DNA of 64,000 nucleotides from Candidatus Parabacteroides intestinigallinarum (GTDB lineage Bacteria; Bacteroidota; Bacteroidia; Bacteroidales; Tannerellaceae): contig DXEN01000007.1 of NCBI GenBank assembly GCA_019114945.1, positions 1,386 to 65,385 on the forward strand, read 5' to 3'. This document shows positions 17,968 through 26,572 of this stretch, piece after piece. The notes below the pieces were generated by a model. The model was not told where the DNA came from. It saw only the letters and a list, made by a program, of their open reading frames with translations, and did not search any database. How positions within the stretch are numbered: the stretch's first letter is position 1; the number at the start of each line of letters is the position of its first letter. The position numbers and the translations under genes were made by a program.

Positions 17968-19560
17968 ATGAAAAAGATAGTAACAACAGCAATCTTATGC
18001 GCGGGGTTGGTCGGTTTCACGGGTTGCGATAGCTTCTTGGACGAAGAGCCCAAATCCGAGATTACCTTGGCGACATATTATCAAACCGAGGACGATATCG
18101 TAGGTAATGTCAATTACCTGTATCGGAACGGCGCTCCCGATATGATGGGTAGCATGAATGGCGCTTACAGAGGCTCCAGCGCTTCTGTCATGAATATGGT
18201 GACAGGTTATTTCACGAACGAGTACGAAGGCCAGGAGGTAGACTGCCAATACGCACGCAACCTGACCCGTCAGAAATGGACGGCTTCTTGCTGTACCTAT
18301 TTGACCAACAGCGCTTGGCAGAATTGCTATAAGGTAATCAACATCGCCAATGCCGTGTTGAAATACATCGATCGGGTGGAGATGGGCAACAAGGAGCAAT
18401 ACCGTGCCGAGGCTCGCTTCTTCCGTGCGTTGAATTATTTCTACTTGATTAAGATGTTGGGCGACGTACCGATGATGACGGAGCCGACTGAGGATGGCGA
18501 CGCTATCACGTATCCGACCCGTACGCCGCAGGCCGAGATTTATAATACGATTATTATCCCGGACTTGCAGTTCGCGGTAGAGAACTTGCCGGCCGCTACG
18601 TTCGCCGGTAACGGACACCGTATTACCCGCTACGCCGCCGACATGGTACTGGCGGATGTTTATATGCGCTTGGGTCAATACAACAATGCCGTTCCGGTAT
18701 TGGAGGATGTGATCGACAGCGGTATGTTCTCGCTGACTACCAACGACGATTTGGGCATGAACAGCGCTTACAACAAGTTGCGTGCGAATGACGACCTGCC
18801 GGAGGTAATTTACGCTCGCGAGTACGACGGTTCAATCTCGAACAACGGTAACGTGCCCGTACATGCTTTCAATTTGGCATCGGCCGCTTTCTTCGCCGCT
18901 TCTTCTACAGGCAACCACTACTCATTGTGGGTGAATGTATATGGTGTAAGCGAGCGTTACCTGAACGTGTATGAGGACAATGACCTGCGCGGACAGATGA
19001 ACCAATTCTTCCATCGTACGTATACCCATCCGGTAGACGGTACGACGTTGGATATGGATATGCTTTGCAACTGGTATTACTATGACGAGGACGCTATCCT
19101 GAATACGGGTGTAGGTACGAAGGATTGGAACTTCTATCGCTATGCCGAGACGTTGCTTTCCGCCGCCGAGTGTATCGCCCAGAGCACGGGCGTAACGGCT
19201 GACGCTGCCAACTACTTGGCACAAGTGAAGGCTCGTGCGAATATGGACGGCGCTACGGTTGACGAGATCGCCGCTGATTTGCAAGGTTTAGGCCAGCAGG
19301 CTTTCATCGAGGAGTGCTGGAAGGAGCGTCTGCGCGAGTTCCCGTTGGAGATGAAGATTTGGGACGACTGCGTACGTACGATGAAGTTCCCGTCGATCTC
19401 TACGACGAACAAGGGCGAGGTTCAGTTTGTTGACTTGATTGGCGCGCAGAACGGTAGTGGCGCTACTTTCAAGGATACCGACTTGTATTGGCCGATTCCT
19501 ATCAACGAGATCCAACGCAACCCGAACTTGGAGCAGAATCCGGGTTATACGCGTGAATAA
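17968..19560 (+). CDS. SusD/RagB lipoprotein (susD1)
   Basis: Lipobox FTGC, AEARFFRALNYF.L, RYAE.LL..AE, ER.REF..E and L.QNPGY. Confidence 0.93.
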   Translation: MKKIVTTAILCAGLVGFTGCDSFLDEEPKSEITLATYYQTEDDIVGNVNYLYRNGAPDMMGSMNGAYRGSSASVMNMVTGYFTNEYEGQEVDCQYARNLTRQKWTASCCTYLTNSAWQNCYKVINIANAVLKYIDRVEMGNKEQYRAEARFFRALNYFYLIKMLGDVPMMTEPTEDGDAITYPTRTPQAEIYNTIIIPDLQFAVENLPAATFAGNGHRITRYAADMVLADVYMRLGQYNNAVPVLEDVIDSGMFSLTTNDDLGMNSAYNKLRANDDLPEVIYAREYDGSISNNGNVPVHAFNLASAAFFAASSTGNHYSLWVNVYGVSERYLNVYEDNDLRGQMNQFFHRTYTHPVDGTTLDMDMLCNWYYYDEDAILNTGVGTKDWNFYRYAETLLSAAECIAQSTGVTADAANYLAQVKARANMDGATVDEIAADLQGLGQQAFIEECWKERLREFPLEMKIWDDCVRTMKFPSISTTNKGEVQFVDLIGAQNGSGATFKDTDLYWPIPINEIQRNPNLEQNPGYTRE

Positions 19561-19581
19561 CCACATAGGGTGATATAGATA

Positions 19582-19620
19582 AAAGCCCCTCCTTACCCGA
19601 AGTGGATAGGGAGGGGCTTT
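19582..19620 (+). terminator. Intrinsic terminator after susD1
   Basis: aaagcccctcc pairs with ggaggggcttt. Confidence 0.75.
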
Positions 19621-19733
19621 CTGTATATAAGCTTCGCACGTGATGCGTACGACTTTTTTCCCGGATGTTGATGAGACGTTTCTGGAAAAAACGTCTGATA
19701 GTCGCTATAGAATTAGGTTACTATCAACCAAGG

Positions 19734-21017
19734 CTATATTCCCAAACATCCTATCGGTACGATATAGATTCCATCCTCCTTCCTCCGGTAGGCATAGTCG
19801 CCCGTAGCTGTCAGTATCATCTTGAAGGAGGGAGCCTTCATACTAGAGGTGTCGATTTTGTCGGCTAGCGAGTTAAGGGCAGTTATACCCTCGTTAATCA
19901 AGGATTGTCCACCCAACTTAATCTCAACCAATCCATAACGCCCGTCACGCAGGTGAATTACGGCGTCGCATTCCAAACCGCTCTTGTCACGATAGTGGTA
20001 AACCTTTCCGTTCAAAGCCTCTGATAGGACACGTAGATCTCTCACGCATAAGGTCTCAAAGAAAAATCCCATCGTATTCAAATCATTAACTAAATCAGTA
20101 GGCCCCAATCCCAATGCCGCGGTCGCAATCGATGGATCCACGAAATAGCGTGTATCGGTGGTACGGATAGCGGTTTTTGAGCGAAGGTTTGGGTTCCAAG
20201 CGGGCATATCCTCTACCACGAAAATCTTCCGCAATGCGTCTAGATAAGATACGATTGTATCCTCGTTCAACGAGGCACTATCATTCCCTTGTAGATCAGC
20301 CCGTAAGGTGGCGATCGAGGCTTGCGTTCCCTGGTGGCGGGCATAAGCTCGCATCAAACGTTGAACCCTTTCCGAGACGCGCTTGACACCATCAACCCTT
20401 ACGATGTCTTCCTTTGTCACCGCATCATAATAATCAAAGGCTTGTTCCAATGCTACCTCTTTAGGAAGTCCAACCGACAGAGGCCATCCTCCACGGCAAA
20501 TCAGAAAGGCGATGTCAGAAAGTTTCAAGTCGCTTTGCCCCAATACCCCTTCTGCCGAAGCGAACAAGTCTGTCAATCGCACCGTTCCGTTCGACTCGCC
20601 TGACTCAAATAACGACATGGGGCGCATCGTAAGCCAAGCGAACCGACCCGTGCCGGAATGTGATATTTCCCTCTCGCCTTCCCGGTTAGGGACGGCAGAG
20701 CCTGTCAGGATAAACTGTCCCATCGCCCGCCGATGGTCTACGATATACCGAACCGCATCCCATAATTTTGGAACAGTCTGCCATTCATCAATCAGCATGG
20801 GGGGAGTGCCGCCCAGAGCCATGTCCGCATCCATCTCCAAAAGACGTTTGAAACTCTCTTTCGTATCTATACTGGCCAATAATACTTTACTCTTCGCGAA
20901 CTCCTCGCCCGTAGTGGTTTTACCGCACCACTTAGGTCCCTCAATGAGCACCGCTCCTTTCGATTGGAGCTTTCTCAGAAGCAAACCATCCACGATCCTA
21001 CGCCTGTAATTTTTCAT
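19734..21017 (-). CDS. AAA+ ATPase with a C-terminal DUF4143-like (PD-(D/E)XK-like) domain
   Basis: Walker A GPKWCGKTT, Walker B LIDEWQ, and C-terminal ECDAVIH...LVEIK. Own TACCTTTG box at 21037-21044 on the minus strand. Confidence 0.85.
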   Translation of the reverse strand: MKNYRRRIVDGLLLRKLQSKGAVLIEGPKWCGKTTTGEEFAKSKVLLASIDTKESFKRLLEMDADMALGGTPPMLIDEWQTVPKLWDAVRYIVDHRRAMGQFILTGSAVPNREGEREISHSGTGRFAWLTMRPMSLFESGESNGTVRLTDLFASAEGVLGQSDLKLSDIAFLICRGGWPLSVGLPKEVALEQAFDYYDAVTKEDIVRVDGVKRVSERVQRLMRAYARHQGTQASIATLRADLQGNDSASLNEDTIVSYLDALRKIFVVEDMPAWNPNLRSKTAIRTTDTRYFVDPSIATAALGLGPTDLVNDLNTMGFFFETLCVRDLRVLSEALNGKVYHYRDKSGLECDAVIHLRDGRYGLVEIKLGGQSLINEGITALNSLADKIDTSSMKAPSFKMILTATGDYAYRRKEDGIYIVPIGCLGI

Positions 21018-21060
21018 ATCTCTTTCATTTACAACGCAAAGGTAATCAATATTTTGTTCA

Positions 21061-21120
21061 TTCGGTAATTTGGCGTCGATTTGTTCGGTAATTTGGCGTC
21101 GATTTGTTCGGTAATTTGGC
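21061..21120. repeat. Perfect 23-bp tandem repeat x2.6 (ttcggtaatttggcgtcgatttg)
   Basis: Units start at 21061, 21084 and 21107, immediately upstream of the ATPase promoter. Confidence 0.9.
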
Positions 21121-21170
21121 CGATTATCGTTCTTTCGTCGTATCTTGACACTCGTAAATAGGCCCCTCTA

Positions 21171-21262
21171 CAATGCCTATTATAAAGGTGTTGCGATGGG
21201 CATTCTAATCACCTTACGATGCCCATTCTAAGCATCCAACGATGCCTATTATGAAAATCATT
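21171..21262. repeat. Four degenerate 23-bp units (cgatgcccattcta... type)
   Basis: Units start at 21171, 21194, 21217 and 21240. Confidence 0.7.
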
Positions 21263-21308
21263 GAATTTCTATGCGAATATATTGTTTATCGCAAAGTGAG
21301 AATTAAAA

Positions 21309-21360
21309 GAGCGTGTGCCAAATCCGCGCCTCGTATCTTCTTGCGATTTGACACACGCTC
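21309..21360 (-). terminator. Hairpin of the GAG.GTGTGCC family after susD2
   Basis: gagcgtgtgccaaat pairs with atttgacacacgctc. Confidence 0.7.
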
Positions 21361-21386
21361 ATTCTTAATCTATATCCATCCAAGGT

Positions 21387-23006
21387 TTATTCCGCATCCC
21401 ACCATACGCGAGAAGTCATTGAATCGCCATTGTTCAAACGTGCGACAGCCTCTTGGTAATTTGTCGTATTTACGGTAGATTCTGTCGTTGGATACGTGAA
21501 ACGGCGAGGAATTGTTCCATTCGTCGCGTTATTCGGATAATCCTTATTAACAGGTGTCAGCACCGGGTATCCCGAACGACGCCAGTTGGCGAAAGTCTCG
21601 TACGCGTCACAGAACGTGTTGATATAATACTGTGTATTGATCTGTTCCAACGCACGGCTTTGGTCGAACGGATTCTCCGCTAAATATTGGTCGATCGCCG
21701 CGTCGGTCAGATAGGTATTATACAATGACGTAGCGTTCGGGAATTGCGAGAATTGCTTCATGGCGGCACGTACACCCTCCTCGTAATAACTTTGAGCGGT
21801 TCCCGACGCGCTTGTGCCATCTAACCAACCTCTGTAAGCGGCTTCCGCTAACAGGAAACAATTCTCGGCGTACGTCACGATGAAAGTAGGAGCGGTCGGA
21901 TCGGAATACGTATTTCGATTGACTGTGGAATAAGTGGTCCTGTATTTATCATCACCCGGGTAATTGGGATCCTGGGAGATGTCAAACGGGCCATCCTCGT
22001 TATCATAGCCGCTGGGCATACCCATTTGGATGGCCGGGTCGTTATTGCCATAATCGTAGCCTTCCGCCGAGTATTTGGTTCTCGGATCTGTCGAACAAAC
22101 GGTAGCGATCAACGCCAAACGGGGATCATTCGTGCTTTTCAACAAATTGACGAAATACTCCGCCAAGAAGAATGCGCCGGCATCCGTATCGCTAAAGATT
22201 TTCCCATAAGGCTCGGAAGAGTCATCCGCCACGCTCCCATTCGGGTGTTGCAACATAGCGTTGTCCTCATTGCTCATGATGATACCGTTATCGACCGCCG
22301 TTTTTACCCATTGCCGTGCGCTCGCCTCATCGACTTTACTCATACGCATCGCCATACGCAAAATCAACGAGTTCGCGAACTTGCGCCACTTGGTCAAATC
22401 GCCGTTGAAATAGACATCGGCACCACCGATGTATGAGGCTTGCGCTCCATCCAAGGCGGCTTGTGCCTCGTTCAATTCCTTCAGCAAATCCATGTAAATG
22501 GACTGTTGCGTATCGTATGCTGGATAAGGGTATTCCTCCGGCTGGATCGCTTGCGAGTATGGGATATCGCCATATAAATCCGTCAAACGAAGATAAACAT
22601 ACGCCTTTACGATACGAGCCATTTGATAGTCGGTCGAATACCGGGAATCACCTTCCCAATTCCGCATGGCGAGCGCGATATCGCGAGCCGCCGCACGGTC
22701 GCCGGAATATATCGCGTCCCAATAAGCGGAGTTATAACCTCCATCCCATACATAGAAAGTACCTTGACTCCAATTGAAACTACTTGTTTGTTGCAGCATG
22801 GTCGTTCCATAGATACATCCATTGCGCCATACATCCCAATCGGAACCCAACGCCTGATGCTGGGCGTTGGTGAAAAGGTAAGCGTAATCGATATTACCGT
22901 CATTCAAGTTTTCCGGGTCCGTATTGGTGTCCCCGAAATCGCTACAGCTCGTTCCTCCGATCACGGCCGCGGCGGCACACATCATATATACTAAATACTT
23001 TTTCAT
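21387..23006 (-). CDS. SusD-like lipoprotein (SusD-like_2 type; susD2)
   Basis: Lipobox GTSC, L.DLYGDIPYS, W.KFANSL.LR.AMR and FANWRRSGYP...IPRRF.YP...VWWD. Start set at MKKYL. Confidence 0.92.
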   Translation of the reverse strand: MKKYLVYMMCAAAAVIGGTSCSDFGDTNTDPENLNDGNIDYAYLFTNAQHQALGSDWDVWRNGCIYGTTMLQQTSSFNWSQGTFYVWDGGYNSAYWDAIYSGDRAAARDIALAMRNWEGDSRYSTDYQMARIVKAYVYLRLTDLYGDIPYSQAIQPEEYPYPAYDTQQSIYMDLLKELNEAQAALDGAQASYIGGADVYFNGDLTKWRKFANSLILRMAMRMSKVDEASARQWVKTAVDNGIIMSNEDNAMLQHPNGSVADDSSEPYGKIFSDTDAGAFFLAEYFVNLLKSTNDPRLALIATVCSTDPRTKYSAEGYDYGNNDPAIQMGMPSGYDNEDGPFDISQDPNYPGDDKYRTTYSTVNRNTYSDPTAPTFIVTYAENCFLLAEAAYRGWLDGTSASGTAQSYYEEGVRAAMKQFSQFPNATSLYNTYLTDAAIDQYLAENPFDQSRALEQINTQYYINTFCDAYETFANWRRSGYPVLTPVNKDYPNNATNGTIPRRFTYPTTESTVNTTNYQEAVARLNNGDSMTSRVWWDAE

Positions 23007-23030
23007 AAATCTATTTTCCTTCAAATGTGA

Positions 23031-26000
23031 TTAGAATTTAACATTGACATTGAAACCGATACTTCTCGTAGCCGGATAACCGTTTAATTCCAAACCTTGG
23101 GCATTGGAGTTGTTGTAAGCGGATTCCGGATCGATGTTATCCGTATGTTTCATGATGGTCCATAAGTTACGCGCTACCAAAGAGACATTCAATCCCTTTA
23201 CCACCTTCATCTTGTTCAGGAGGGATTGCGGGAAGTTATAACCGAACGACAACTCGCGTAATTTGATGAAACTTGCGTCATAAATGAATTCCTCGGCGAT
23301 TTGACTCGTCGTGATTCCTTGCCAGTACTCTTGCGCGCTTACACCTACGGTGTTCGGTACATAATTGCCCGAAGAGTCCAGCATCACGCCTTCTCCTACG
23401 ATCTTACCCACCGGGTCATTCTCGCGTCCTTTCAGCGTTTTCTTGTGCATACCTGAGCTTACTAATTGATAGTTCGTACCGGAGAAGATATCCGCACCGA
23501 ACTTGAAGTCAATCAAGAAAGATAAGCTAAAGTTCTTATAACTGAACTGGTTATGCCAACCTCCCGTCAACTTGTAAACACCGTTGCCAATACTCGACAA
23601 CTTGTCCTCGCGTTGAGGAATACCATTCTCGTAAACGATTTGTCCGTTGTGGCGTTTGTATTTATAACCTACTAATTCGCCGAAAGAAGAACCGACGATA
23701 TTCTGAACAGTCACGTTTCCTACGTTGGAAGTACCGTTATCCATAATCAAACTCTCCGGGCCTCCTAAATATTTCACTTCACTGTCGTTGATTGCGAAGT
23801 TCAATGTGGTATTCCAATCAAACTCATTGGTATGTACCGGAACGGCGTTTACCATAAACTCGAAACCTCGGTTCTGGATCTCACCGACATTTTGGATGCG
23901 AGATCCCCATCCAGAGGTATTACTTGTGGATACGACCGCGATATCATCTTTCGTGTTCTTGGTATAATAGGCCATATCAAACGACAAGCGGTTGCTCAAG
24001 AACGCTAAGTTCAAACCAACCTCCCACTCGGAGATCTCTACCGGCTTCAGCTCGAAGTTCGGATAGGTGGAATTATTGACCGTAGCGACATATTGACCGT
24101 TAACTTGATAATTACGCACCTTGTATGTCAGATAGTTTTGATAGGGATCCGTACCGTTGGATGACATGGCGTAAGAACCGCGTATTTTACCGAAGTCGAA
24201 CCAATCCGGCATGCTGTCGCGGAAAGAGTCGGTGAAGACCCACGACAAGGTAGCGGACGGATAGAAGTAACTGTTGTTATCCGGATTCAGGGTAGAGAAC
24301 CAGTCGTTACGTCCCGTCAAGTTCAGGAAGATTTGGTTTTTCCATCCGAAATCCGCCGTAGCGTATACGGAATTAACTTGATATTCTTGATAATTCTTAA
24401 TGAAACGTTTGTCTCCCAAGTTGTTCGGAGAATACAAGCCATCCGCTAAGAAAGGACGACCGCCGTCTACCATCCAGCGCTCGGAGATTGTCCGTTGACG
24501 GTTGCCACCTAACGTAGCGCCGATCGACCAATCGCCAAACTCCTTGTTGAAGCCAATTAAATAGTTCAGGTTAATCTCAGAGAAAGCTTGTGAATATTCC
24601 GTCAAGAAACCAACCGCGTCCGCGGCTGCGCCCTTAGGTTGAATTTCCTTATATTTTAAATTGTAACCATCGCGTTGAACGGCGCCCTGTATATACAACC
24701 AATCGAAAATATCGTATTTTAAGGTAATCGCGCCCGTCAAACGGTTCTTATTGGTCTCGTTCGTTTTCCGATATTGCAACCAATAGGGGTTATTGAAATA
24801 GACATTCGTACCACCTATCATCTCCGTACCGTCCGGATTGGTTCCCCAATCGCAGTCCGCTCCACCGCGCTCCATCTAACGGATATCGAAGTTGGCGGGA
24901 CGATACAGCAAAGAGGCGTTCGTGTTACCGTTACCATCGGACAAGCTGGCTTTTCCTTTATTTTTCTCAAACACATAGTTGGCATTTACTGTCAAGTGCA
25001 GGTTCTTCAAGATATCATAGGTCGTGTTCAAGTTGATACCCTGTTGGCTGACGCTCGCGTTCGGAAGGATACTCTTATCCGTCATATTGGACACGCCGAA
25101 ACGATAGGTAATCTTATCACCCGCGCCACTGATAGAGGCAGAAGTCGTGTTGTTGATGCCCGTGCGGTAGAAGTTCGGCCAGTTGTTGATATATTCATAA
25201 GGTTCCTCGTTCCCCAAGAAGTTGATATGTGTACCGCCCAAGCGATCTCCCCAACTGGATTGCTCTGTAGATCTCGCCGCGTCTACGCTCATCGGACGGT
25301 TACCCATCGTTCCCTGTCCATACACTTGTTGGAAATCTCGATAGTCGTAGATCTTGTTAAACGTCAAGTTGTTGTTGAACTCGATGCTGATCGGTTTTCC
25401 TTTCTTACCGGACTTGGTCGTGATCAAGATCGCTCCGTTACCACCTCGATAACCGTACAACGCCGAGGCGGCGGCACCTTTCAATACCTGAATGCTCTCG
25501 ATATCATCCGGGTTGATGTTACTCAATCCATCACCCATATCCTTGCCGCCCCATTGGCCGGCACCGCTACTAAAAGAAATCTCGTTAGAGAACGGTACGC
25601 CGTCAATCACGTACAGCGGCATATTGTTACCCGTCATAGAGGCATTACCACGGATGACGACACGGGAAGAACCTCCGGTTCCGGTCGCGTTTCCGGATAC
25701 ACTTACACCGGCCACCTTTCCGGAGAGGGCGTTACCCAAGTTCGGGTCGCGGGCCATCGTGAAGTCCTCGCCGCCCACCTGTGTCGTCGAGTAACCTAAC
25801 GAACGACTTTGGCGTTTGATACCTAAGGCTGTCACTACCACCTCGTCGATTTTCTGTGTGTCCTCGGCCAGTTTCACTTGCAGACCTGTCTGCCCGCTCG
25901 CCGTAATCTCTTGCGACGTGTAACCGATGTAACTGATTTCGATTACCGCGCCATCAGGCACCTCCAACGAGAAGTTTCCATCCAAATCCGTGATAACACC

Positions 26001-26234
26001 GTTCGTCGTGCCTTTTTGGATGACGTTCGCTCCGATAACAGGGATTCCTGCCTCGTCCACTACCGTACCTGTCACCACTTTGCCTTGCTGTGTCACCTGC
26101 GTGTCCAATGCCGATCCGGCGGGAGCCGAAGTGGCCATTGTGGCGTTTACAGAGAAAGCGGAAAACAGCAAACAGAACGCTGAGACTTTCGCTATTCCAC
26201 GCAGGGATAATAGCTTCGATTCATTCTTTGTCAT
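23031..26234 (-). pseudogene. SusC/RagA transporter (susC2) interrupted by one in-frame amber codon
   Basis: The track ORFs 24876-26234 and 23031-24875 are the same frame: ...GAT ATC CGT TAG ATG GAG... Together they give a 1067-aa SusC with TAG at codon 453. Confidence 0.88.
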
Positions 26235-26314
26235 TTCGCTTTGTTTTTAATTTGTTTTTAATTTTTAGTTTAGATGCTTACACTATCCATGTAATTATTT
26301 CTATGATGAAAGGA

Positions 26315-26336
26315 CGTAGTTCCGGCGGAACTTCGG
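26315..26336 (-). repeat. Right inverted repeat / putative invertase site
   Basis: cgtagttccggcggaacttcgg is the reverse complement of 14686-14707. Confidence 0.85.
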
Positions 26337-26415
26337 CAATTGTGTTTTTGAGGCGAATCGGAGAAGAAAAAAAGTGAAAATATTCATACACTTTTTTATT
26401 CTAAATTCTTTTTGT

Positions 26416-26423
26416 TAGCTTTG
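26416..26423 (+). promoter_or_regulatory. sigmaA -7 box (TAGCTTTG) for the GH92 cluster
   Basis: Matches TAnnTTTG and points toward the GH92 genes, outside the inverted repeats. Confidence 0.6.
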
Positions 26424-26572
26424 CGCTATATTCGGATGAAGCCAAAGAATAATAGATATTTCTAAACAATGAGCGCGAGAATCCCTCCCTGTTGATATGT
26501 CTCTCTATTCGTTGGCTTGGATGCGGGTATGAGAGGTACGAATCATATTTTATTAATTAAATACGGGATATC

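Noticed and set aside
24876-24878. Genome-wide TAG reassignment as the explanation for the split susC2
   Set aside because: TAG ends several intact genes at their expected C-termini (glmM 7085, ribE 11635, third GH92 33595), and no other gene in the window is split at TAG.
14151-26572. Complete genomic island bounded by a tRNA-Ser 3' duplication
   Set aside because: No second copy of the tRNA 3' end and no integrase were seen in the window.
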